Positions 19,181-28,895 of a stretch of DNA of 64,000 nucleotides are shown piece after piece (the first letter of the stretch is position 1; each line of letters begins with the position of its first letter). The notes beneath the pieces are model-generated. The model was not told the origin of the DNA and did not search any database. It saw only the letters and a list, made by a program, of their open reading frames with translations. This stretch comes from a virus. Position numbers and translations under genes: made by a program. The stretch lies in the IMG/VR virus record IMGVR_UViG_3300013132_000031, positions 32,001 through 96,000 of that record; one strand, 5' to 3'.

Positions 19181-20578
19181 ATTAATCAATATTTTTATGA
19201 CGCTCAAATACGCAGATTCCTGTTGCAGTTCACTAGAATTTTTTCAGGGTTTCAAGTGGAATATGGCAACGAAACCGACGGTGTGAACGCTGCTGCCTTG
19301 TTGCGTGTGCCTGTGCGCTATGGTGATGCCAGTCGCAATGCTCAAACAATCATACAAGAAAACAGTCGCAATGCTTTGCCGTCAACTCCCTTAATGACTT
19401 TTTACATCACTGGATTGGACTATGAGCAAACACGTTTGCAAGATCCAACTTTTGTCAGCAGAATCAATGTTCGGCAACGCACCTATGACTCGGCCACAGA
19501 AAGCTATGAAACCACTCAAGGCAATGCATTCACAGTTGAGCGACTCATGCCTGTGCCATACAAGCTCACTATCAACTTGGATATTTGGACATCTAACACC
19601 AGTCAAAAACTTCAATTGCTGGAACAGGTACTGACCATGTTCAATCCCAGTTTGGAAATACAAAGCACAGACAACTACATTGACTGGACCAGTTTGAGTG
19701 TGGTATTTTTGGAACAGGTCACTTGGAGTTCAAGAACCATTCCTGTGGGCACTGACAATCCCATTGACATAGCCACTTTGAGATTTAGCTTGCCAATTTA
19801 CATCTCACCACCAGCCAAGGTACTGAAACTGGGTGTGATTGAACGAGTGATAGCGTCAATCTATGACGCACAAGGCGACCTAAATGATGCTGTGCAAAAT
19901 AATGATTTGTTGTTGGGCACCAGACAAGTTATCACTCCTTACAACTATGCCACTGTGTTGATTGGCAACAAGATTCAAGTTTTGCAGGCCAGAGACCTGG
20001 CACAAGAACCTGACAATGACCTGCTCACCCCTGCAGGCATTGTGTCTGACAGTAATTTGATGTGGCCTTCAGTGATCGATTTGTATGGATCCTTACGACC
20101 AGGTGTGAGTCAAATCAGACTGATCCAAGCAGACGAATCTGAAATTGTGGGCACTGTGGTACTGGATCCCAATGACGATAGATTTTTATTGTACAGTGTG
20201 GACATTGATACTACCCCACAGAACACCCTGGAACCTGTGGATGCTGTGATCAATCCCCTGACTTCAGGTCCAAGACCCGAAGACAGTGTGCTAGCCGGTG
20301 TGCGGTACCTGCTGACCGAAGACACTGGCGAAGGCGTCAATCAAGATCCAGCACAGGCCTGGGTAGGCGAAAACGGTCGGCCTCTTGTGGCCCATGCCAA
20401 TGACATCATTGAATATCGCAACGGTGCCTGGCGAGTGGTTTTCATGGCCAGCACTGCCAACGAAATTCAGTATGTCACAAACATAACCACAAGTCTGCAG
20501 TATGAATGGACTGGTGACAGTTGGGTCAAAAGTTATCAAGGTGTGTATCCAGGAGGCACCTGGAGGCTGGTACTGTGA
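19181..20578 (+). CDS. Tail terminator/sheath stabiliser (gp15-like) with C-terminal extension; probable ATT start
   Basis: YFYDAQIRRFLLQF..RVPVRYG..PVPYKL..KLQLLEQVLTMFNP; AGGAG 7 nt before in-frame ATT 19181. Confidence 0.7.
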   Translation: MNQYFYDAQIRRFLLQFTRIFSGFQVEYGNETDGVNAAALLRVPVRYGDASRNAQTIIQENSRNALPSTPLMTFYITGLDYEQTRLQDPTFVSRINVRQRTYDSATESYETTQGNAFTVERLMPVPYKLTINLDIWTSNTSQKLQLLEQVLTMFNPSLEIQSTDNYIDWTSLSVVFLEQVTWSSRTIPVGTDNPIDIATLRFSLPIYISPPAKVLKLGVIERVIASIYDAQGDLNDAVQNNDLLLGTRQVITPYNYATVLIGNKIQVLQARDLAQEPDNDLLTPAGIVSDSNLMWPSVIDLYGSLRPGVSQIRLIQADESEIVGTVVLDPNDDRFLLYSVDIDTTPQNTLEPVDAVINPLTSGPRPEDSVLAGVRYLLTEDTGEGVNQDPAQAWVGENGRPLVAHANDIIEYRNGAWRVVFMASTANEIQYVTNITTSLQYEWTGDSWVKSYQGVYPGGTWRLVL

Positions 20579-21006
20579 AGGCCGTGGGTGTTTGGTTCCG
20601 CAGTGTGGTCACTGGACGTTATCTCTATCTCCTACGCAATGACGCAAAAAATCCCAGTACCTGGGGCTTGCCTGGCGGCAAAGTAGAATCAGGCGAAACA
20701 CTACTTGGTGCCATGGAACGTGAATGTATTGAAGAACTGGGTCACATGCCTGAATATCAACGCCTGGTTCCCTTGGAAAAGTTCACATCAGCTGACGGTG
20801 TGTTTGAATATCATACCTGGATATGTGTTGTATCTCAGGAATTTGTGCCCACACTCAATCACGAACACCTGGGCTGGGCTTGGATTGATCGAGGCACCTG
20901 GCCTCGACCCATGCATCCAGGTCTGTGGAACACAGTGAATTTAACCACTGTGCAAGACAAGATACACACTGTAGAGCAGTATCTTGCTGCAGATTCTCAA
21001 GCCTGA
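20575..21006 (+). CDS. NUDIX hydrolase
   Basis: WGLPGGKVESGETLLGAMERECIEELG Nudix box; GTG start overlapping the previous stop, GGAGG RBS. Confidence 0.9.
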   Translation: MKAVGVWFRSVVTGRYLYLLRNDAKNPSTWGLPGGKVESGETLLGAMERECIEELGHMPEYQRLVPLEKFTSADGVFEYHTWICVVSQEFVPTLNHEHLGWAWIDRGTWPRPMHPGLWNTVNLTTVQDKIHTVEQYLAADSQA

Positions 21007-24000
21007 CTTTCTTGGAATTGCAACTGCACTTCGCCAACTGGAGTGACGCTGGTTGTCAACGCTGTGATGGTCACTGCCAACACTTCGGGACCATTGGGAT
21101 AGGTACCTATGCCAGGAACAGCACTGGTTCCAATCTGCTTGACGTTGGTCAAGTCCAGCACCCCAGAATTGGTTGTTGAAATAGGTATGGCAAACAGTCG
21201 TTCGCCTCCTGAAATTTCTGCTGAAATATTTTGCACAATCAATGACATATCATTTGCAGGGGTAGAACCACCTATCACATTGCCAAGGATCTTCAGTGTA
21301 TCGCCCACCGCATAGCCTGTTCCTGGATTTTGAATCTGTATGGCTGTGGTGGTAATTCCATAGGAGGTGCCTGTTCGTGTCAACTGCACAGTAAGGTTGG
21401 CTCCTGTGCCTGCACTGGATACCACAACTGGAGTCAAGTTAGCAAAACTCTGATTTGAACTGAATGTAACCTTGGTGCCTGTGCGAGTAAAACCGCCTGT
21501 AGTACTCAATGGTGCAGATTGCACACCGCCAGTACTGACACCTGAGAAAACTGGCGCTGTGGAAAACTGTGTAAAGCTGGGCTGGAAACCACCGCCTGCA
21601 TTGTTTAGTCCTGCCCATACAGTGTTGGCTGAGTCAATGTTGTTGGGATTCAAGATACCAGCTACCAAGAATCTACCAGCAGTGATGTTGACAGTAATAT
21701 TTACTAGTGTCAACTGTGCTCGATTTATAAGATCTTTAATGCCTAGATTTCCAATCACGCCATTGCTGACACTGGGGCTGAGACGCATAGCAAACGCCAC
21801 TTGTTGTGCGCCCACTGTGGCAGGGAGGCCATAATTGGTGCGGTTGAACTGGAAGCTGTAGCCTTCGTCGCCGTCAAAGTTGCCGTCCATGATAATGGCT
21901 GAACCCCAGTGATTTACCAAGGGTGTACAGGTGTTGCTGATCAAAATCACACCGGTGTTGATGGCATGTGTGGCAGCCGCTGAGCTGGTGTAACTGCGAC
22001 TTTGTCCTTCTTGCCATTGAACAAACGTTGCAGCTCTAGTACATCCAGTCAAATTGTTGCCTGCTTTGCCAGAATATTTTATAACTTCACTGTCAATCAT
22101 CACAAACACTGGATAAGTCACTGACGCTGAGGGATAATCTGTAGCGTCTACTAGAGTAATTGTGGTCTGGCTGGCGTCAATAGCACTGGCAAGACTGCTG
22201 TTGGGTGTTTCATTGATGGCTTCATAACGTGCTGGCAAGTTACCTGAACGCATGAATGCTTCGTTGTTAAAGTTGTTGTTGGGACGACGATGTGCATGAA
22301 TAAATCTACCATCTTGACCACGTACCATCCACGTTATATAACCCGCACCGTACCATGAATATTCAATACCCAACATCTGCATTTTGGTGGCGTTGATGGT
22401 GTATCCTGATTGACCTGTTCCGTCTATCTTGTCTATGTTGAAACTGGATTGTCTCACACGTAATTCAGTACGCAAACACATTTTTACACGACTTTGATTG
22501 CTGACTCCGCGAAACGGAGGAATCACTGTCATTCTGTTGTTGTTCAGAATGCTGGTAACATAGTGTGACATACCTTTGATAATGACCAAATCACCAGTGT
22601 TGATTTGATCTTCAAATCTACAAGTTCCATCTCCTGTGACAAGATTAGATCCTACCCCTACACTGACCAGGCCAGACAACTGATTGGTTGAAGTACGCAG
22701 AACTGCGTTCAAACTTTGCCCGTCATGTTCCCAAAACATGCCGTTTTGGTCGTCAAACATGCCGGCACGAATACTGGCACCATGCCAACTTGATACGTTG
22801 ATTCTTGGTTGTTGACCCAGTGTGGGAGTAGCACTGCCCAAGATAGCAATTGCATTTACTGTGAAAGAGGTGTCGCTGACAATGGCAGTGACAGTGTAGC
22901 CAGATTGGTCGTAGCCCGATGTGGTAATTCCACTGAGTACAATCACTGCTCCAGCATTGAGACCGTGTTCAAGATCAGTTGTGATGGTTATGGCAGATCC
23001 TGCTGCGGTTCCTGCTGCGGTCACTGCTGTCACATCCAGGGTTGGCTGTAGCATGGTACCTGAGGTAAACAACAGGCCTTTACCTGATTGGTAACGGAAA
23101 TATTTTTTTGTTTGTCGCACAGCACTGGCACCACGAGTGGGATTACCAGGACCAATGATCACACCACCGTCAAACGGTCTGGGCAAAAAGCTGGCATTGC
23201 TGCGTATGTTGATTTGTCCCACTGCTGGGCTAACAACTATTGCACCGGCTTTGGCGGTGTATTGGAATGTGGTAGTACTGGGAATAGCAGTGACAATAAA
23301 CGAACCTTCAGCATAAGACTGGTTGGTTCCTGCACTGAGAACACAAAGAATAGGAGTGCCTGGAACCAGGCCGTGGGCAAACGTTGTGGTCACTGTGATA
23401 ATACTGGGGTTGCCGCCATCGCTGGCCATGGAAATCACATCAAGGTCAGCACCGGTGTAAGGGAAGGCCTGACGCACAGTGCTGTCAGTTTGATTGAGTG
23501 GGTATCCCACCGCCACACCAGGGTTGCGTCTTGGGTAAAAGCTAAAATTGTTGGTTTCTGCAAAGTTGACCAAGCTCGTACCCTCAGCATTGCTGAGCAC
23601 AGTGTTCAAAACACTGACATAATTGTCTGTGACCAAGGCACTGTCTGTATAGTTTACTGCCACTTCAGGAATGTTAGAGTTGCCAGTGGCATTGAAAATA
23701 CCAGTCATGCGAATGAACGGTGATCCGACCCCGGCACCAGTGAGTATGGTGCTGTTGAATTGTCCACGGGTGATAACCTGACTGCCGTTGACTGCGGTGC
23801 TAACTGTGGTGTGTTTGACCAGTTCAACATTGCCGCTGAGTCTTTGAAACACGGAACCTGTGGCGTATGAATTGGCCGCTGAAATATTGTACCAGCCACG
23901 ATTGAGTTGCAGAGTAGTGGCATCAGTGACTTCTTGAACCTGTGCAATTTCTAAGGTATTGACTGCATAGATGTTGGCACCAATTATGATGTTGGCTGCC

Positions 24001-24959
24001 CCAGAATTGGTACCATTGCTTTGACGCACCACTGTGAGTGCATTGGCGGCCACACTGGTCACAGCCATGACTTCATACACGTTGTTGGTGATGGTTTCAG
24101 CAATTACATAAATGCCAGCTCCAGCCACTATTGTTGCAGCGTTGGCCACGTTCACAGTGGTGGTAGCATTGCTGGTAATGTTGGCCACTGCAATGGTAGT
24201 ACCGCCTGAGGTGGGACGACCAATCAATAAAATATTGTCCAGTGCTGTAACGCCAGTGGTTGATGCCACAGTGAATGTGCGTTCAGCTGAACTGGCCACT
24301 GCAGAAGTAAGGTGACTGGTCACAAAAGGCGCAACGTTGCCTTGTGTTTGACTGATCATCAATGCAAAGTCATTGGCTAGCCAAGGTGCTGTGCCTTGGT
24401 TGCTCAAGCGCACCGCAGTGTCCACGTTACTGGCAATAAAATCAGTACTGGCCAACAATGTTGCGTATCCGTTGGTGTTGTACACCAAATCTGCACCAAT
24501 GTCTTCGAAAAAACCTGGAACATAATTTATCAAGCTGACGTTTTGCCATTTGGTATTTTGCAAGCCGTATTCAAAGTCAGCGTCAATCAAACTTTCTGGT
24601 TGACCCACACGAGCTCGACCAATTGCATCTTCACCGAATGACCAAGGCTGTGAGGTCAGGCCGTTGTAGTCTTCTACATATATGGCCAGGTCGTCTGAGC
24701 TGCTCAGTGACGAAGTATCAGCGTACAACGACAGTGTGGTCACTCCAGCATAGGCTGCAGGGAAAGTTGCAGTGGTTCCTGCTGCCCATGTGACAGAACC
24801 GCCCAATGTGGGCTCGGCAAAATTGTAGATATTTTGATCAGCAGTTGTATCATACACAGCAAGAAAATCTGCCAGGTTGTAACGATTTGGCACTTGGATA
24901 GTGCCCAGTCCGCTGGTACCTGGTGTGAACGAATATTCGTATAATCTTTTTCTAGCCAT
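20997..24959 (-). CDS. Large virion structural protein (fibre/baseplate associated)
   Basis: 1320 aa; DAIGRARV..SLIDADFEYGLQ..KW and RQTKKYFRYQSGKG motifs resemble T4-like cyanophage structural proteins; beta-sandwich repeats with HGL motifs. Confidence 0.7.
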   Translation of the reverse strand: MARKRLYEYSFTPGTSGLGTIQVPNRYNLADFLAVYDTTADQNIYNFAEPTLGGSVTWAAGTTATFPAAYAGVTTLSLYADTSSLSSSDDLAIYVEDYNGLTSQPWSFGEDAIGRARVGQPESLIDADFEYGLQNTKWQNVSLINYVPGFFEDIGADLVYNTNGYATLLASTDFIASNVDTAVRLSNQGTAPWLANDFALMISQTQGNVAPFVTSHLTSAVASSAERTFTVASTTGVTALDNILLIGRPTSGGTTIAVANITSNATTTVNVANAATIVAGAGIYVIAETITNNVYEVMAVTSVAANALTVVRQSNGTNSGAANIIIGANIYAVNTLEIAQVQEVTDATTLQLNRGWYNISAANSYATGSVFQRLSGNVELVKHTTVSTAVNGSQVITRGQFNSTILTGAGVGSPFIRMTGIFNATGNSNIPEVAVNYTDSALVTDNYVSVLNTVLSNAEGTSLVNFAETNNFSFYPRRNPGVAVGYPLNQTDSTVRQAFPYTGADLDVISMASDGGNPSIITVTTTFAHGLVPGTPILCVLSAGTNQSYAEGSFIVTAIPSTTTFQYTAKAGAIVVSPAVGQINIRSNASFLPRPFDGGVIIGPGNPTRGASAVRQTKKYFRYQSGKGLLFTSGTMLQPTLDVTAVTAAGTAAGSAITITTDLEHGLNAGAVIVLSGITTSGYDQSGYTVTAIVSDTSFTVNAIAILGSATPTLGQQPRINVSSWHGASIRAGMFDDQNGMFWEHDGQSLNAVLRTSTNQLSGLVSVGVGSNLVTGDGTCRFEDQINTGDLVIIKGMSHYVTSILNNNRMTVIPPFRGVSNQSRVKMCLRTELRVRQSSFNIDKIDGTGQSGYTINATKMQMLGIEYSWYGAGYITWMVRGQDGRFIHAHRRPNNNFNNEAFMRSGNLPARYEAINETPNSSLASAIDASQTTITLVDATDYPSASVTYPVFVMIDSEVIKYSGKAGNNLTGCTRAATFVQWQEGQSRSYTSSAAATHAINTGVILISNTCTPLVNHWGSAIIMDGNFDGDEGYSFQFNRTNYGLPATVGAQQVAFAMRLSPSVSNGVIGNLGIKDLINRAQLTLVNITVNITAGRFLVAGILNPNNIDSANTVWAGLNNAGGGFQPSFTQFSTAPVFSGVSTGGVQSAPLSTTGGFTRTGTKVTFSSNQSFANLTPVVVSSAGTGANLTVQLTRTGTSYGITTTAIQIQNPGTGYAVGDTLKILGNVIGGSTPANDMSLIVQNISAEISGGERLFAIPISTTNSGVLDLTNVKQIGTSAVPGIGTYPNGPEVLAVTITALTTSVTPVGEVQLQFQESQA

Positions 24960-24961
24960 TG

Positions 24962-25354
24962 TTAAACTCCAAAAATAATCTGATTAGCAGTCAATCTTGC
25001 CTGAGTAATACTGCTAAACTTGTTGTAACTGATGGTGCCCACAGCAATCTTGCTGTCTGTAACTGTGCCATCACTGGGTGTGCCTGTATATAGTGTGTCT
25101 CCAAATATCAACGCAAAGAAAGGAGTCAATGCCGCAGGTGCCACTGCAAAACTCAGGTCAGCTGCTGATATTGAAAAATTGATACCAGGATTTTGTGGCA
25201 CGCCGTTCAGTACCACCAGCATGGCAAACGCAGTTGAGGGTGTGACACTGACCCCATCAATGGTCATGGCAAACGTGGTCTGCACACCATTGAACACAAG
25301 ATTGTCCAACTTTCGATACTGGCCAATTGGTGGCTGATTTCCCAAATAACTCAT
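24962..25354 (-). CDS. Small virion/fibre adaptor protein
   Basis: MSYLGNQP..FNGVQTTF..VVLNGVPQNP; homologous to the N-terminus of 25354..28560. Confidence 0.6.
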   Translation of the reverse strand: MSYLGNQPPIGQYRKLDNLVFNGVQTTFAMTIDGVSVTPSTAFAMLVVLNGVPQNPGINFSISAADLSFAVAPAALTPFFALIFGDTLYTGTPSDGTVTDSKIAVGTISYNKFSSITQARLTANQIIFGV

Positions 25355-28300
25355 TATAGTCTTCCCACAACAATTTCAATCATGCCTGAACCGCCTGGAT
25401 GATCTTGTGCGGCTTTACCAATCACACTTCCCATTCGGGGTTCAGCACAGGCCTGCGCCACACCGCCGCCGGCAGTGACCATCATGTCACCTTTGCGTAC
25501 GACTCCTATCACTGAAGTTGGCACACGACCAGTCAGTGCAAGAGCCGCGGTGTGAGCACTTTGCAAAGTGCTGTTCATCAAGTGAGCAGGGTTGGTACTG
25601 ACCACTCCAGCCACTCGCACACTGTTGATACCAATGCTCAATGTGACTTCATTGGCACCGCCAAAATCCAATACTGTTCCTGGTGCATATTCTGCGTCCG
25701 CAGCATACAGCTCGGCCAAGTCAGCGTACTCTGCTGTGGTTGCTTTGGCAAACACTGTGTTAAAACCAGTTGTGCTGGTTCCAATATTGCCCACACCGTT
25801 GGTGCCGCCATTTACAATGGCCGTGACTGCATTACCGCTGTTCACTGTGATTGCGCCGCTGACTGCCAGTGCGGTGAGTGTGCCCAGTGATGTGACATTG
25901 GTCTGTGCGGCTGTGGCCAAAGTGCCGGTTAAGTTGGTAGCTGTGACATTGCCACCTGTGATCAAGCCTGTAACTGAAACTGTGGTGCCTGTGTGTGTGG
26001 TGGCATTGACATTGGCACCACCTAATACATTGCCACCAATAATATTGCCTACTGCACTGATCAAATCAGCAGAATTAATATTGCCGCCAGTGACATTGCC
26101 AGTCACATTCAAGCTACTGATCACATTGCTGGTCAAGCTCAATCCAGCTGCATTGAGGTTTCCTGCAACAACATTGCCTGTGGCACTGAGTGTGGCAGCT
26201 TGTAATAAATTGGCAGTGACCAAATTGCCAGCAATCACATTGCCAGCAGATGTTATGTTGCCAGTGGCTGTGATCAGCCCGGCTGTTTGAATATTGCCGC
26301 CAGTGACATTGCCAGTGGCACTGATCAAGCCGCCTGTCCGCACGTTGCCACCAGTGATGTTGCCTGCGGCACTGTAACTACCTGCGGTACTTGCACCTGT
26401 GGTGCTGCTGGTTCCTGTAGAGATCAAATTACTACCTGTGACATTGCCTACGGAATATACCTCCGAGTATGCATAGAGGGTGCTGCCAATTACAAATCCT
26501 GTAGCTGATACTTGTCCAAGAGTGCGAAAATTGCCACCAGTGATGTTGCCACCTACACTCAGTGCTGATCCACCAGTGTTGGCAACAACCACTTTGGTGG
26601 CGGTGTTGAATGTTGCTGTGCCTGCTGCTGTGGTTGCTGTCACAGGACCAATGCCAATCAATGTAGTTGAGCCAGCAGCACCGCCAACACCAATGTGAAC
26701 GCTCTTTGTGCTGCCCGAACTGGCCACACCGTTACCAATGCCCACAGTCTGACTGCCTGTGCTTTGCCCAATTAAAATTGTTCCAGTCTGTGCTGTGCCA
26801 CCTACTGTGGTTGTGCCTGTGGTCTGACTGGTTCCAATGTCGATATTTTGTGTGGTACCTGAGAATGTGACTGTGCCAGTTGCACTGAGATTGGCCGCAT
26901 TTGTGGTACCTGCAATGGTGGCACCCAGCGGGCTGAACACTGCTATATTGGCCACTCCGTTCACTGTCACGGCCACATTGCCAGCTGAACTGACCACTCG
27001 CACATTGCTGTTGCCAAACTGTATGCTGGTAGCATCAATGCCTGTGAGTGCAGCACCGTTGCCTATGAAATAAGGTGCAAGTATGTTGCCTGTGGCTGAC
27101 ATGATGCCAGAACTCAACACATTACCAGCTATGACATTACCAGTGACACTGGCATCAAGGGGCACATTCAAATTGGCAGACAGATTGAAATTGGCACCAA
27201 ATATATCGCCGGCTGCTGACACAAAACCGTTGGTTTTTATGTTGAGACCAGTGACATTTCCGCCTGTGCTCACAGCCGAGGTACCTATGATGTTGCCACC
27301 GGTGATGTTGCCTGCGGCACTGATCAATCCGGTGATCAGTGCATTGCCTGCTGAAACATTGCCTGAGACCGTGGTTATGTTGCCAGCGGCACTGATAATA
27401 TTGCCTGCGTTTACATTGCCTGCCACAATGTTGCCAGTGATGCTGGCAGTGGTTGATCCAGATATGGCCCCAGTCACTGCCAGGCCGCTGCTGGACACAG
27501 TCACAATGTTCACGTTGTTAACATTGCTGAGAATGTTGCCGTTTATGGTTGGTATATTCACAGCAGAATTGCTGTTGAATATGGTGGTGGTCAACTGTGC
27601 AATTCCGGAGAGTTGACTACCATTACCGGTAAAAAATGCAGCCTCCACATTGCCAGTGGCGCTGACATTGGCCAACACTAGATCTGTCAGTTGAAAACTG
27701 GGATCAGTGGTATCAACCACTGTGGTGGGTTCTGTCAGTAGATTGGTAAACAACTTGTATTTGGCATCAGTTACATCTCTAAACAAGCCGTTGTATCTGG
27801 TATTGGCACCATCATAGTACTGTGCCACTAGACCTGTGTCAAATGTGTCTCCAGGATTGTTTGCAGCCAAAAAGATAAATGGATCTGCCACTGCAAGACT
27901 GTCTACACCAGTGGTGGTAAAGTTGCCATTGACCACAAAGTCGCCCACGCAAGTTAAGCCTCCACCCACATTGATATTGCCTACTACGCCTACGCCACCG
28001 GCTACCAACAATGCACCACTGGTAATGCTGGTGCTGTTGCTGGTACTGCCTACTACAACTTGTCCGCCAGCGTATAAGTTACCAGTTATGCCAGCACCGC
28101 CAGTGACTCGCAAGGCTCCTGTAGTGCTGCTGCTGGCGTTGATGTTGGCGCTGAATGTGGCACGATTGGCTCCTGCTGTGGTCACTATCACTGTTTGTGC
28201 ATCAGACCAATACAGTCCCGAATTGTTGGCAGCTACTGAGTACACACTGGGCGCACCCACTGTGCCTGCGCCAAACGCATTGGCTGCTTGTAGATCCAAG

Positions 28301-28560
28301 CTGTTGAGCGCACCAGCACGATATGTTACCGCAATGTTGTCGCTGCCAGAAGCAGGTGGAGTGGTGAATATCAGTACAACATTGCCTGCTATGTAATCAG
28401 TGAATGGTACTTTTAATACATTGCCCACAATTACATCAAGGTCACTGGCTGACGCTACACTTCTATTGAGGTTGAACTGTGTGGCCACTGAATTGCCACT
28501 GAAAAACTGTGTGCTAGTATTCAGCAGTGTTTGCTGAGGATTAAGACCAATATAACTCAT
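25354..28560 (-). CDS. Tail fibre protein with GN(I/V)TGGN repeats and C-terminal peptidase-G2/intramolecular-chaperone-like domain
   Basis: C-terminal YADLAELY..PGTV..GVVSTNPA..LALTGRVP..KGD..IGKA..IEIVV. Confidence 0.75.
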   Translation of the reverse strand: MSYIGLNPQQTLLNTSTQFFSGNSVATQFNLNRSVASASDLDVIVGNVLKVPFTDYIAGNVVLIFTTPPASGSDNIAVTYRAGALNSLDLQAANAFGAGTVGAPSVYSVAANNSGLYWSDAQTVIVTTAGANRATFSANINASSSTTGALRVTGGAGITGNLYAGGQVVVGSTSNSTSITSGALLVAGGVGVVGNINVGGGLTCVGDFVVNGNFTTTGVDSLAVADPFIFLAANNPGDTFDTGLVAQYYDGANTRYNGLFRDVTDAKYKLFTNLLTEPTTVVDTTDPSFQLTDLVLANVSATGNVEAAFFTGNGSQLSGIAQLTTTIFNSNSAVNIPTINGNILSNVNNVNIVTVSSSGLAVTGAISGSTTASITGNIVAGNVNAGNIISAAGNITTVSGNVSAGNALITGLISAAGNITGGNIIGTSAVSTGGNVTGLNIKTNGFVSAAGDIFGANFNLSANLNVPLDASVTGNVIAGNVLSSGIMSATGNILAPYFIGNGAALTGIDATSIQFGNSNVRVVSSAGNVAVTVNGVANIAVFSPLGATIAGTTNAANLSATGTVTFSGTTQNIDIGTSQTTGTTTVGGTAQTGTILIGQSTGSQTVGIGNGVASSGSTKSVHIGVGGAAGSTTLIGIGPVTATTAAGTATFNTATKVVVANTGGSALSVGGNITGGNFRTLGQVSATGFVIGSTLYAYSEVYSVGNVTGSNLISTGTSSTTGASTAGSYSAAGNITGGNVRTGGLISATGNVTGGNIQTAGLITATGNITSAGNVIAGNLVTANLLQAATLSATGNVVAGNLNAAGLSLTSNVISSLNVTGNVTGGNINSADLISAVGNIIGGNVLGGANVNATTHTGTTVSVTGLITGGNVTATNLTGTLATAAQTNVTSLGTLTALAVSGAITVNSGNAVTAIVNGGTNGVGNIGTSTTGFNTVFAKATTAEYADLAELYAADAEYAPGTVLDFGGANEVTLSIGINSVRVAGVVSTNPAHLMNSTLQSAHTAALALTGRVPTSVIGVVRKGDMMVTAGGGVAQACAEPRMGSVIGKAAQDHPGGSGMIEIVVGRL

Positions 28561-28892
28561 TAGGTAATTTCCAATATGCTCATCACGGTATCAATGCTGG
28601 TACCTGCGCTGCTTTGAACGTACATTGTGTCGCCAGTTATCAGTACCAATTTCTGATCCCCACCGCCCACTACCAAACTGGAACCAGCCGGCACTGGACC
28701 TCTAGCAATTATGTAAGTGTTGGCCACCCCGTTGTTGATAAACACATTGGCTGTGATAGCACTGCTGGTGGTGTTGGTCACGCTGAGACCAACCACTATG
28801 GTTTTGGTGCTGGCTGGCACCGTGTATGCGCCCACTGGATCAGCCGTAGTACCAGTGTTTTGTTGTAGTTTTCTCGTGAAGGTATTTGCCAT
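28560..28892 (-). CDS. Small virion connector protein
   Basis: MANTF..YTVP..GGDQKLVL..GD..SILEIT. Confidence 0.6.
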   Translation of the reverse strand: MANTFTRKLQQNTGTTADPVGAYTVPASTKTIVVGLSVTNTTSSAITANVFINNGVANTYIIARGPVPAGSSLVVGGGDQKLVLITGDTMYVQSSAGTSIDTVMSILEIT

Positions 28893-28895
28893 TTT

